From Octopus bimaculoides (taxonomy: Eukaryota), in NCBI RefSeq assembly GCF_001194135.2, contig NC_068981.1, positions 65,284,776 through 65,348,775 on the forward strand: a stretch of DNA of 64,000 bases. Direction: 5' to 3'. The position numbers were made by a program, and so were the translations under genes. The notes under the pieces were generated by a model, which worked only from the letters and a program-made list of their open reading frames with translations, was not told the origin of the DNA and made no database searches. Positions 13,536 through 26,336 of the stretch are shown piece after piece (position 1 is the stretch's first letter; every line of letters begins with the position of its first letter).

Positions 13536-13930
13536 GGCGCAGGAGTGGCTGTGTGGTAAGTAGCTTGCTTACCAACCACATGGTTCCGGGTTCAGTCCCA
13601 CTGCGTGGCACTTAGGGCAAGTGTCTTCTACTATAGCCTCGGGCCGACCAAAGCCTTGTGAGTGGATTTGGTAGACGGAAACTGAAAGAAGCCTGTCGTA
13701 TATATGTATATATATATATGTATGTGTGTTTGTGTGTCTCTGTTTGTCCCCCCAACATCGCTTGNNNNNNNNNNNNNNNNNNNNNNNNNNNNNNNNNNNN
13801 NNNNNNNNNNNNNNNNNNNNGATAGAATAAGTCCTAGGCTTACAAAGAACAAGTCCTGGGGTCGATTTGCTCGACTAAAGGCGGTGCTCCAGCATGGCCG
13901 CAGTCAAATGACTGAAACAAGTAAAAGAGT
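13536..13930 (+). mobile_element. Young SINE family A1, full length (internal gap 13765-13820)
   Basis: Pol III box A-like TGGCTGTGTGG and box B-like GGTTCAGTCCC, (TA)/(TG) tract, GACTGAAACAAGTAAAAGAG end, CpGs intact, closely matches 53668-54037. Confidence 0.92.
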
Positions 13931-14305
13931 ATATAAGTGACCAAGTAGAATGTATTTTCTTTTATGTTTTTAAAATCCCCTTAGCCTTCCTTTTATCTTT
14001 TTCTGGTTAATTTGCCAAAATAAAGATTTATTCTGGAAGGATCCCCATTATTCATTGATGCTAGAAATTGTTCAGAGAGAATTGGCAAAATCTCTTTTTT
14101 TTTTCTTTTTTTTTGTCTTACAGCTCATTGTTTTTAGTTCAAATCCCACCTATACTGACTTTGCCTTTTGTTCTTTCAGGGTTAATAAAATAACCCCATA
14201 GCTCTCTTCACACACACACATTTTTTTTTCAGCTGTAGTCTGTTAGAAATCATTATTATTGCAACAGTTGTTAATTCCACCAACTCTTCTACCAAATTTA
14301 TTGTC

Positions 14306-14539
14306 TTAACCCTTTTGTTGCCAAGTTTCTGTTGAAACACATTGCTTTTGTTTCATTTAATTTTTAAAATTATAAAAAAAAATTCAGTAAAATAATTTTT
14401 ATCATTATTAAGCTCATGTTTGGAACATAAATCAACATGAAATATTGATGGAAGGTTTTAATTTAGATCACTTTCAAACAGGAAGTCTCTATCAAAGAAC
14501 CAAAAGTAATCTTGTGCAAGTTGGTAATAAAAGGGTTAA
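14306..14539. mobile_element. piggyBac-like MITE type M1
   Basis: Ends TTAACCCTTTTGTTGCCAA ... TTGGTAATAAAAGGGTTAA (17/19 inverted match including TTAA). TTAA target plus CCC terminus is the piggyBac signature. Homologous copy at 48216-48553. Confidence 0.8.
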
Positions 14540-14759
14540 AATGTTGAAAGGAGACAAATTTTTTCTCCTTTTTTTATTTTGTTTTGTCCTTATATAACTC
14601 TTTTTTTCTTCAAATCTTATTTGATTTCATTTTATGTTATGCTTTCATTTTTCTTTTATGTATTTATATTTTATTACATTTATAAATAATTTTGTATTTT
14701 ATTTATTTATGTTGCTTGTTTAGAGAGAGATTCTGTCTTGGGGAGTGGGGAACTGCCAT

Positions 14760-15020
14760 TGTTAGTAGTAGTAGTAGTAGTAGTAGTAGTAATAATGCTA
14801 TGTCTACTACTGGTGGTAGTGGTTGTATCAGCACAATTGTAGTTATAGTTATATTAGTAGTATTGTAGTAGTAGTTGCAGTAGTGATATTAGCAGTATAG
14901 TAGTATTAGAGCTATTGTAGTGTTAGCACTATTGTAGTAGTACTGATACTTTTAGCATTATTGTTGTAGTAGTTGTAGTGTTAGCTACACATTGTAGTAG
15001 TAATACTAGTACTTATTGGT
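14760..15020. repeat. Degenerate (TAG)n trinucleotide repeat
   Basis: Pure (TAG)n at the start, decaying with recurrent TATTGTAGT units. Confidence 0.85.
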
Positions 15021-15027
15021 AACCATA

Positions 15028-15315
15028 GTGAAGACACATGGCTGAGTGGTTAGTGTTGGGCTCACAATCATGAGGTAGTGAGTTCGATTCTTGGACCGGG
15101 CTGTATGTATGAGAAAAACACTTTTTTTACGTTGCTCCAGTTCACTCAGCTGTAGAATGTCACTGGTACCAAGTCATTGCCTTTCTCTTGGATAACATCA
15201 GTGGCGTGGAGAAGAGGAGGCTGTTATGCATGGGCAACTGCTGGTCTTCCATAAACAATCTTATCTGGACCTATGCCTTGGAGGGGAACTTTCTAGGTGC
15301 AATCCCATGGTTATC
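15028..15315 (+). mobile_element. SINE family D (tRNA-derived head)
   Basis: TGGCTGAGTGGTTAG box A and GAGTTCGATTC box B. Body matches 39608-39935 (-) and the head at 60383 (+). Confidence 0.8.
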
Positions 15316-15887
15316 ATTAGCAGTATTGTTATTACAACTTGTTGTAAAAAAAAAAATACCCCAAAATGCAATAACCTAATTAGTACACTACATATAAATG
15401 AAAATAAAAAAAGAATAAAATGATAGCAAAAGTAAATCTCCCAACAACATTTTAAGATTTACAAGAATAAAGTTGGTAGAACACTTCATTTAATTAACAA
15501 TTATTGTAATAATATATATATTTGGACCATAGACATTCCATGTGTTACTAATGTTGTTTCAATTTTGATGCATGTATGTGTGTGTGTAAGTGTGCATACA
15601 TGTGTGTACATGAATGTGCATGTGTGTGTGTGTGTGTGCGTGTGTGTAGGTTCTGTAGAACAAACAAGATAAATAGAAATTAATGCATAAGTATATATAT
15701 ATATACATTTATTTTAATTAGTAGAAGTTGCAAAGTGGCTTAAGGGTTGTGAGTTTCTTGCATGGCCCTTGATAAACTGCCATCTATGAAACTCTCAGCC
15801 CTTGAATCACTTTATAACTTCTGCCAATTAAAATAAGATATGTATGTATATATGTATATAAATATTTCTAACAGTGTTCTACTATGT

Positions 15888-16101
15888 TTAACTCTTTAGC
15901 ATTTAATCTAGCCATATCTAGCCCAAATATTCAACCTGTTTCATGTTCAAACAAGCCAATCTGGACTCTTACGCTTATCCTACAATGTCATTCTAAAAAT
16001 AAACAATCACATCATCAAAATCTTGAAGCTTCATTATAATACACGATTAATACAAAATAATCATTGCATTTGGCAGAATAATCAGAATGCTGAAGTGTTA
16101 A
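15888..16101. mobile_element. piggyBac-like MITE type M2
   Basis: TTAACTCTTTAGCATT ... AATGCTGAAGTGTTAA termini. Interior is the reverse complement of 57441-57661. Confidence 0.75.
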
Positions 16102-16329
16102 TATTACAATTAAGTCTCCTTTTTATCTTATGATTAAAGTTGTTGAAAGCATAACAAACACTTTACAAGCAAGACAAATTATTGTAGATAATTTCCGAAG
16201 AAATTTTTGACATCATCCATTGAGAAACCTTCCAGAATAAATCCTTATTTTGTTAAACAGTGTTGGATCCACTGAAAGTCAGTAGGGCTGATCACTCAAG
16301 TAATGGATATTTCTAAGTATCTATTTCAG

Positions 16330-16427
16330 CTTTTCCTGTCAGTGTGGGATGTCCAACTGGTGTCATTTACAAATCAATAAGATAGATGATTCATTGATGG
16401 ACACTTGTTTAATATTAACTTACAGTG
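16330..16427 (+). CDS. Candidate coding exon (FSCQCGMSNWCHLQINKIDDSLMDTCLILTYS)
   Basis: Acceptor ctatttcag, donor TG|gtgagt, 98 nt open, phase 2 to 1. Confidence 0.28.
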
Positions 16428-17216
16428 GTGAGTGAGTGCTAAGTCCCAATCATCATATGTGGGTGTTTGTGTGTGGGTGTTTGTGTCTCTGTGTTTGTTG
16501 AGTCAACAAGAGGGCTTGGCGTTCACTAGTCCTATCTACAGATCAGCAGGATTGACTGCCTGTTAGCTTATGATGAGTTCCATGTCTAGCTCATCTTGTG
16601 GGGGATGCTAATGAGAAGCACTGGATATCATTCTGGTCTTGCATATAAGACATTGGTCTTACATAGAAGTAAACAGATGTGAATACCTTGAATTTGTATG
16701 AGCAGCAGTATCCATCAGGATACTTCTGTTCATACATGTTCAAGGTTTTTTTTATTTAATTGGATGACAAAAGATAGAATGACTAAAAATAAAAGAAAGA
16801 TAGGTAAAGAGATAGACAGAGAAGGAGAAAAAGGAATAGAAAAATTACTTCTCCCAGGTCTGTACAAGCAATGTTGCAGTTTTCAAATAGTCTTTTAATT
16901 TGTATTATAGCATACCTAACACAGAGATGCATGTGTGAAGGAAGAGTATATGCCTCTGTGTGCATGTATGACTGCATGCATGTCCTGTGTGCATGTGTGT
17001 GTGTGTATGATCATATAGTTATCATGTGCTCATGGTTTGTTTTCATGCATTTCTGTCATAAAACTTAAATGTAGTTAATATTTACTTTTTTATTTTCCAA
17101 TATTGAAATTTCATTGATGTTTTCTGCTGAGTGTCACATTTTCTCTTAATGTTTCTATTGGAATATTCTTATGTGCTGTCAAGAGCAAATTAAAAATACC
17201 CATTTTAGAAATAAAT

Positions 17217-17254
<38 letters not shown>

Positions 17255-17457
17255 CAATAATTTTCAGCATCTAAAGAGTAATATTTTAAATAGGCTTTTG
17301 AATATCGATGTACTCTGAATATTGATTTCTTAATAGGAGCACATCAGAAATTATATAGTTAATAAGGGAACAGAAATGTGATTCTGAGGTGTTCATGACC
17401 TTTCTTTTTCAAGATTGCTGTTTAGTCCCAAATAACCATGTTCTAGGACTAATCAAC

Positions 17458-17497
<40 letters not shown>

Positions 17498-17929
17498 TTG
17501 GTAATTTGCAACCTCTAAAAGTTTTTTGAATATTGGTGTACATTAGACATTTAGCTGTTAATGTGGGTACAACTGAAATTACATGGTTAATAGGAGTGCA
17601 GAAATGAGATTCTGAGACATTCATGATAGGCCTTTCTTTTCAAGATTGTTGTTTAGTCCCAGAACGACCATCTCTGAACAAAGCTACCATCAAAGATGTT
17701 CCAGCCATGACTATCACATCTGTTTTTCAGATGCAATGCATCTATGAACACATTATCTGTATCCTTCCTTTACAGACAGTAGGTTGTGATTTGAGGGAAA
17801 TTTGGTCATTATTACTAGCATTGTTGGCTTAAGTAAAATTACTGTAAAGAGTAATTGAAATTGGGATGTATATTCTGTTTGATTAGAGCTTGTTTCTACC
17901 CTGGTATTTTGTCAGGGCTAAGTGAATCT

Positions 17930-18280
17930 TTTATCTTTTACTTGTTTCTGTCATTAGACTGCAACCATGCTGGGGTACTGCCTTGAAAAATTTTCAGTTG
18001 AATGTATTGAGTCCATTTATTTATTTTTTTAAAAGCCTAGTACTTCTTCTATCAGGCTCTTTTGCTGAACCGCTATGTTACACACATTCACTAGCACCAG
18101 TTGTCAAGCGGTATTTCGTCTGTCTTTACGTTCTGAGTTCAAATTCCACCGAGGTCTACTTTGCCTTTCATCCTTTCAAGGTTGAGAAATTACATACCAG
18201 TTGCGTACTGGAGTCGATCTAATCGGCTGCACCCCAACCAACCAAATTTTTGGGCCTTGTGCCTAGAGTAGAAAAGAATA
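17930..18280. mobile_element. SINE A 3' half (-) abutting a young SINE B fragment (+, 18106-18280)
   Basis: TTTTACTTGTTTCTGTCATTAGACTGC is the reverse complement of the A1 end. AGCGGTATTTCGTCTGTCTTTACGTTCTGAGTTC is the family B core. Confidence 0.8.
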
Positions 18281-18769
18281 CTGTATACTCATATACGTAG
18301 TTTTAAATGTAAAACGTGTGTCATCTTCAATAGAATTTTTTAATTTGTTGTACATGTATATTTTAGCTAACATTTTAATTGCCAGCATCAGTACCCGGTA
18401 TACATTTAAGATATGGTATGGTAGAGTATTAAGATGTTTTAAATGAGAAGGAGAAGCGGCTAAAGGGGGTTGATGGTCAAAAAAGTTTGGCGACCCCTGG
18501 TGTAGAGAATGGGTAGAGTCACTTTGACTTTCATTTCTTCCACAATCAATAAAAAAATTAAGTACAAGACATTTAAGAGGACTAGTTCAAAGTTCGATTG
18601 AAATGATTGTATAGTCACAGTAGATCATGAAAGACGTATTGTTTCTGCCACTACATTTATCTGAAAGATAATGAATATCACATCAAAACAATACACACAC
18701 ATACATACACCATCATCATCATCATCATCATCATTTGACAGCTATTTTCTATACATGCATGGATAGGAC

Positions 18770-18804
<35 letters not shown>

Positions 18805-19211
18805 NNNNNNNNNNNNNNNNNNNNNNNNNNNNNNNNNNNNNNNNNNNNNNNNNNNNNNNNNNNNNNNNNNNNNNNNNNNNNNNNNNNNNNNNNNNNNNNN
18901 NNNNNNNNNNNNNNNNNNNNNNNNNNNNNNNNNNNNNNNNNNNNNNNNNNNNNNNNNNNNNNNNNNNNNNNNNNNNNNNNNNNNNNNNNNNNNNNNNNNN
19001 NNNNNNNNNNNNNNNNNNNNNNNNNNNNNNNNNNNNNNNNNNNNNNNNNNNNNNNNNNNNNNNNNNNNNNNNNNNNNNNNNNNNNNNNNNNNNNNNNNNN
19101 NNNNNNNNNNNNNNNNNNNNNNNNNNNNNNNNNNNNNNNNNNNNNNNNNNNNNNNNNNNNNNNNNNNNNNNNNNNNNNNNNNNNNNNNNNNNNNNNNNNN
19201 NNNNNNNNNNN

Positions 19212-19258
<47 letters not shown>

Positions 19259-19328
19259 CACATGTCTGTACAAATGAAATGGCCAAGAGCTGGACTATTC
19301 ATTTTTCTCTTGGGATTTAATCTTGCAG

Positions 19329-19417
19329 GTATTTTTGTTGTATACATATTTGAAGCAGTTCACTTATTTCCATACATCAAGCTACTTGGGTGGAATGAAA
19401 TGAAGACACTAGGTATT
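19329..19417 (+). CDS. Candidate coding exon (GIFVVYIFEAVHLFPYIKLLGWNEMKTLGI); alternative donor after 19412
   Basis: Acceptor tttttctcttgggatttaatcttgcag, donors AG|gtattg or TT|gtgaga, lies within track ORF 19214-19492. Confidence 0.33.
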
Positions 19418-19550
19418 GTGAGAATAACCTCAATGACTGATAGTTTAAGGTCTTATTCTGTAGAAGGAAAATATATTTCTCTTCTTCGTTAAGAACATGT
19501 GGCTACATGTAATGAAATTAGGCATTATTAAGCCATTGAGATTTTATAGG

Positions 19551-19588
<38 letters not shown>

Positions 19589-20344
19589 CCATGTTAAAGC
19601 TGCAGTATTTTAACCTCAGTGTTGAATCACTTCATTCATGAACTAATATGAATATGACATGTTTCATGGTAATACATTGTATCTGACTTGTAGTCTGTGC
19701 AAAATAATATTAGTAATTTCATGTGGGATGGTATATAAAGATTGATTGAAGGTGAAATAAAGAGATATTGCAAGCCTTGTTGTATATCTAATGTTGAGTA
19801 AACATCTGTTATATATAATATTTCAGGAATAATTTTTCCACATTTAAGCCACTTATTTAACTGAATGCAACCACAAGAACGTTCATATAGCAAAAGACAC
19901 ACTGATATCATTTTAAACATTTTTATTGGAAAAGTTATAACATTTTTGTATAACAGATTCAGTTTTCTAACTTCTAAAGAGTGCACAAAAAATATACTTC
20001 TATTCACATCTTCTATTCTTCTGTCATAGTCTTCATTCTCTGGTGACTTTTGCAGACAGTACACATCCCTATTTTGACCAATGCTCATGGTCCATTCGCA
20101 TCACATGCATGTACAAGTGTTGTTGTTTCTGTTAATTACACTGGCTGATGCATTTAGTGTTTAGTACAATTCTTTCTTTTGGCCCACTTGTGCTCAGTTT
20201 TCATGCAGTTTATTGTTTAACCTTCTTTATGGGCAATGAAGAAATTGCTGATCTTTTTTTTACAGAGAATATTTTTCTTGTTTTTTTTAATAGTTACAAA
20301 GTCCTTATATTTTTGGAGATGTTTTATTCATGCCTTTTCCATAG

Positions 20345-20401
20345 GTTGAGTATGTTATCGTATATTGTTATAGAAGCCCCAGGTTGGCTTTCATTGAACA
20401 G
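20345..20401 (+). CDS. Candidate coding exon (VEYVIVYCYRSPRLAFIEQ)
   Basis: Acceptor tcatgccttttccatag, donor CAG|gtatat, 57 nt, phase 0 to 0. Confidence 0.3.
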
Positions 20402-21139
20402 GTATATGGTTTGCAAATAGTCAACCAATGGACAAGATGCAACCCTTGAAATCCATCTTCCCAGTTAAACTCTATCTCCACCAATGAGGAAACCTCTGTG
20501 CAATTGCTGGACTTGGAAGAAATTTCAACCAAATCTTCCTTCAAATACTAGCCTATTCTTAAGAACAGGACGGATATTAGTAGCATAGACGAAGTAAACT
20601 TGTGTCTAACAAAAATTGGAGTATCTGTTGGTTTATGGAACACATTTACTTGATAGTGAATAATTCTCTAACTGCTGAAGAGGTTTGGTTAACTGAATGA
20701 TTATAACACTGTAGCAGAAACTTTATTGTATTTAATTTGGAGATTTTGCTATCCTAAGTTCAGTTTCCAGTGGAATCCACTGTGCTTTTCATTTTACAAG
20801 GTATCAATAAAATGAGAATAAGTATTACACTGTCATTGATTGAATTGAGCTACCTTCTCTCTTTACAAAAGAAAAAATATTAAAAATAAACTGGCTGTAT
20901 GCCTACTGAAGAACGATAAATAGTAATGCAGATAAAGTATGTGAGTATGTTTGTGGGTTGAAATCTGGTAAACTAATTAAAGCAATATCTCCCAGATTAT
21001 CACTCTATTACTCTTTCTCTCTCAATGTATAGGTATGCATGTTATATAAATGTAATATATATATATCTTCAAATATTATAGGGCTTTTAATGAATAAACT
21101 GCTACATATACCTTTTCTTCTATTTGTATACACAAATGT

Positions 21140-21293
<154 letters not shown>

Positions 21294-21470
21294 AAGTTGG
21301 ATGATGAAAATGAGTGCTCAACACCACATTGGTGGATATAATTTCTTTGTTTTCCAAAATGGAGGCAAACACTTTTCTCCATGTGATTGGCTTGAAAAAT
21401 TAAGACACTAGGATATTTTCCTACTTTTCTTAACATGAAACCAATGGTGGCCTTAATTCACTCACACGCA

Positions 21471-21910
21471 CATCATCATCATCATCATCATCGTTTAACG
21501 TCCGCTTTCCATGCTAGCATGGGTTGGACGATTTGACTGAGGACTGGTGAAACCGGATGGCAACACCAGGCTCCAATCTAATTTGGCAGAGTTTCTACAG
21601 CTGGATGCCCTTCCTAACGCCAACCACTGACTGTGTAGTGGGTGCTTTTACGTGTCACCCGCACGAAAACGACCACGCTCGAAATGGTGTCTTTTATGTG
21701 CCACCCGCACAAGCCAGTCCAGGGGCACTGGCAATGATCTCACTCGAAAATCCTATGGGAGCCAGTCAGGCGGTACTGGCAACGGCCACGCTCAAAATGG
21801 TGCATCTCATGTGCCACCCGCACTAGAGCCAGTCCAGGGGCACTGGCAACGATCTTACTTGGCTTGCCGGGTCTTCTCACGCACAGCACATTTCCAAAGG
21901 TCTCGGTCAG
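21471..21910 (-). mobile_element. Young 5'-truncated RTE-clade LINE: last ORF2 codons, 3' UTR and (GAT)n tail
   Basis: Minus strand begins TDRDLWKCAVREKTRQAK-stop (RTE-like C-terminus), then a UTR with internal tandem units and an ATGATG tail. CpGs intact. Confidence 0.8.
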
Positions 21911-22451
21911 TACATATATATATATAATTAATGATAAAGAGTATGGGGACTTGTTCATCCACAATTTATTTTATAATTTTATACAGCATATTATAATGAC
22001 CTACACATGTTTCTACTTCACCGCCTACTCACAGTTGTAGATATAAACTAGGATTAAATCCATGCCATAGGTATCCATCTAGATATTGGTGGATGTGAAA
22101 TCAACTGTTATACATACAGTTCAGTAGGCCAACAGCAAGTTCAGAATGGTTTCTAGTCCAGCATAGTTTTAACACTCGCGGCCCTTCTTGCTGCGGATCA
22201 CACAACTATGATGTATGGATGGAAGCCTTTATATCATGGTGTCATAATCATGTACTTAATCAGTTGTCCAGTACTTTTCACTTCATCCATTTTTTTTTCT
22301 CTGCCATCATCTTCCCCGTTACACTGTTTCCTAACCTTGCAACAATCATTGAATTCAGTGTAGATGTGTGTACACAAGTGTCTGTGTGTGTATATGGGAG
22401 GGTGCACCAAGCTGAAAATTTTAAGATTTTTGTATTTATAAAGTGTACATA

Positions 22452-22805
22452 GGTGCAGGCATGGCTGTATAGTTTAGAAACTCTTTTTGCAATCATCTGG
22501 TTTTGGGTTCAGTCCCACTGCACAGTACCTTTGGCAATAGCACCTTCTATTATAGCCCCAGGCTGCCCTGTGCCTTGTGAGGGAATTTGATAGTTGGGAA
22601 CTGTGTTGAAGCTCATTGTATATATGTGTTTGTCCCTACCCCACTGCCTAACAACTGGTGTTGGTTTGTTTATGTCCCCATAATTTAGTGGTTCAGCATA
22701 AAAAACCAATAAAATTAAATACCAAACTTAGAAAAGTTAGACTAAAACTTTTCAAGGCAATGCCCCAGCATGGTAATAGTCCTATGTCTGGAACAAGGAA
22801 AAGAA
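22452..22805 (+). mobile_element. SINE family A1, diverged full-length copy
   Basis: Colinear with 13536-13930. Confidence 0.8.
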
Positions 22806-23184
22806 AGCTGAAGAATATCAGAATATCACAAAGGACATTTCCTTGGGTCCTGCTGGATGTTCATTTTGCTTGTGTTAATTGGGCTATAAAAGACATTGCC
22901 CCTTGGTTGATAATGTATCAAATGTTAAGACACATAAAATAATTGGCACACCTACACACGCAGGCAGGAAATACTTGCATACATATATGTAGCCCATAGA
23001 TAAGTGATATACAAGCATATAGACAAAGAGTTACACATGCACATGGATGACTGGTATATGCACACATCCACATACATGGACAGGCATGCATATATATATA
23101 TATATGCACATTCACAGACGCATGCACGCATTCAGACATGAGCTCATGTATCCACTCACACACACACGCACTTTCTTGGTCTTG

Positions 23185-23217
<33 letters not shown>

Positions 23218-23733
23218 GACTGATCAGATGACTCATGTTGCTCAGTATCTGCATTTATGTACCTTGAGGTCTCTCTTTCTTGCTCTCTCTCTCTCTCACT
23301 CTTTCTTTCTTGCCATCCTTCTCTGTCCCCCCTCCCCCTCCCCCCCCTCTTTTCCTCACTTTCTCGTCGCATCAATTTCTTTATTCATTTCCTTCTCATA
23401 AAACTGGTTATCTGGAACATGGCAACTGAAATGACATATTTCCTCANNNNNNNNNNNNNNNNNNNNNNNNNNNNNNNNNNNNNNNNNNNNNNNNNNNNNN
23501 NNNNNNNNNNNNNNNNNNNNNNNNNNNNNNNNNNNNNNNNNNNNNNNNNNNNNNNNNNNNNNNNNNNNNNNNNNNNNNNNNNNNNNNNNNNNNNNNNNNN
23601 NNNNNNNNNNNNNNNNNNNNNNNNNNNNNNNNNNNNNNNNNNNNNNNNNNNNNNNNNNNNNNNNNNNNNNNNNNNNNNNNNNNNNNNNNNNNNNNNNNNN
23701 NNNNNNNNNNNNNNNNNNNNNNNNNNNNNNNNN

Positions 23734-23790
<57 letters not shown>

Positions 23791-24729
23791 CACACACACA
23801 CACACACAGACATACATAGGAATATAGTTTGATAGAAATATATGTACATGCACTTATACACAGACTTGAATATCTATTGCAGTGGGAATATTGGCAGTTT
23901 AAAAATAGTGGGTGAAGATAAAAATGTTGTTAGGGGCTTAGGGTGGATAAACTGAGGCTTAGATTTATTTAGGGATTCAAAAAGGCTCTTGACATTGAAT
24001 AAACAAGAAATTTCTCATCTGTAAGATGAATTAAGGAAGATAAGGAATTGTGTGTGTGTGTTTTGCACCTTAATTGATGTTGTTAAACCTCTGGTTGACC
24101 CTGATCTGGTGATACTATGGGCAAAGACATTCCAATCATAACAATCTCCATCTGTTATTTAGATACACTGTATCTAGGACTACATTATCCAATTCATCAC
24201 ATACAAGCAAGTATGATCGGGAGGAGTTTTGACTGCTATTTCTAGCAGGTCAAGTGGTCATATAGAGGCTCCATCATTAGTACCAGGAGCTCTCTCTCTC
24301 TCTCTTTATTTCTTTATCTATTCATTCATTTTGCTATTTCAATTGAAGTGTCACAAATAACCAAATAAAGTAATCTATATACATTCCAGAATATTTTTTG
24401 ATATTCTTTCTCCAGCCCCTCCCCCTAGCTCTTTATTCATTTTTACTTTCTGTTCACCATGCTTTTTTTTAAGAAGTTAAGAAAATCCATGTCCAATGCT
24501 TGCCTCATTCAAATAGAACTGATACTTTGTTCCTTTAGCAAAGCGGAAGATACTACAACACTGTGTTAAATTGTCTCATACATCTATAATCATATCCTTT
24601 GTATCTAATAACAGTTTGTAAACTGTTGCTTAATGATCTACATACAAGTCAGTCCAAATGTTTTAGTTGACAGGAAGTTATCTTGTAACCTAAGTGTGTT
24701 GATGTCACGATATTTCTTCTGTTTATGAT

Positions 24730-25174
24730 GGTGAGCTGGCAGAATCGTTCGCATGCCAGGCAAAATGCTTAGCGGCATTTAATCTTTCTTTACATTCTGA
24801 GTTCAAATTCCTCCATGGTTGACTTAGTTGTTTATTCTTTCAGGGTTAATAAAATTAGTGACAGTTGAGCACTGGAGTTGTTGTAATTGACTTACCCCAC
24901 AACCCTCAAATGCTGACCTTGTGCCAAAAATTTTAAACAAATATTACTTCTGTTATCTTTCCCTTTTCTACTCTAGGCACAAGGCCCAAAATTTTTGGGG
25001 AGGGGGCCAATCGATTAGATCGACACCAGTATGCAACTGGTACTTAATTTATCGACCCCCAAAAGGATGAAAGGCAAAGTTGACCTCAGCGGAATTTGAA
25101 CTCAAAGCGTAAAGAGACAAAATACCACTAAGCATTTCACCCAGCATGCTAATGCTTCTGGCAGCTTGCCGCCT
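24730..25174. mobile_element. Inverted pair of SINE family B copies (24730-24945 +, 24963-25174 -)
   Basis: GGTGAGCTGGCAGAATCGTT head on +; second copy reads as the reverse complement; tails face each other across about 20 bp. Confidence 0.88.
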
Positions 25175-26302
25175 TATTCCGTTACCTTTTCCATCCAAGA
25201 TGGTGTGTTGTGATAAGGCTTTAAACAATTTTCTTGGTCTTTATTTTAATATAGCAAGAAATTTTCCATTATCTTACTGACAATAGTTTTAGATTTTACA
25301 CAAGGCTAATAAATAATGGGTTACAATGAAGTAGAGTATCGGTGACCTGATCAAAATGATCATAAATGTACTATGAAAAAGACTTTGACACTTAACAATG
25401 TATATTATTATTACAACATAATAAAATATAATAAAATTGAATATAACATTTGAACGTGTATTTTTAATGGCTATAATAATTCTACTATGATGCAATTGTT
25501 TTAGTCCCAACAGACCTCTCTCAGATCAGTTCTCATTCTAAATAAAGTCTAACTGAAGAAATAAATGTATATTCCCCAGAATCTAACATCAGACAAGTTT
25601 AACCTTTTATATTAGTCAGTCAACTAGTTGTGTTAAACGACTGTACATACCTAACAAAAGAGTCTATATTGAGAAAATATAAAAATAAAAGAAATCTAGT
25701 CTTTAATTTACAAGAATATTTTTAAAAAAAGCTCCTTTTTTGTTTTTCTAATCCACTCCAAGAAAGTGCCTTGAATTTTACTTAGAGCAATTTAATAACA
25801 CTTGTCAATAAAATATGTATAGAACAATGTGGTTCCAAGATGCTCACTATCACAAAGTATCCCCCACATCCTTTATCAACTTGGCGACTGTGTAAAGAAA
25901 CTGAAAACCTTTCTTTGGCTATATTTCGAATATTTATTTTCTAAAGCTAAGCTTAGTACACTTTTTTAACATTAAGCTGTACAGTTTCTGAAACCACTCT
26001 TTAAGGAGCAGTAACTGAATAGTATTGGTATTTTATCATCTTCACCACCATCACCATCCTCCATCATCATCATCATTTTCATCACCACTACTTGAAAAAT
26101 ATCTGTGATCTGGAAGCAACCACATGGAACTAATGAACTATAACCACATAGCTAGCATAGCGAGATATTTTCCATTATTCTCCTAACAATAATTTTACAT
26201 TTTACATACTTAGTTACCTTTTATAAGAATTTTGTTTTTCATTTTAGTATATTGATCAAGTACCAATGTATATATCATCATCGTCGTTGATATATACATT
26301 GG

Positions 26303-26336
<34 letters not shown>

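Noticed and set aside
13379-13940. Recurring peptides such as RRRSGCVVSSLL...VPGSVPLRG and FQFPSTKSTHKALVGPRL in ORFs at several loci
   Set aside because: They are SINE family A read in different frames, not a repeated protein domain.
15028-15105. tRNA-like sequences with A and B boxes (also 13536, 53668, 60383)
   Set aside because: No acceptor stem or cloverleaf that I could close, and each runs into a SINE body.
21650-21880. Repeat-spacer-like pattern suggesting a CRISPR array (also 28490-28670, 54119-54730)
   Set aside because: Units are long, diverged and contiguous, there are no unique constant-length spacers or cas genes, and the context is eukaryotic.
25848-25887. Minus-strand micro-exon with good splice sites (RQVDKGCGGYFVI)
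   Set aside because: Isolated, 40 nt, no compatible minus-strand partners or recognisable homology. Expected by chance.
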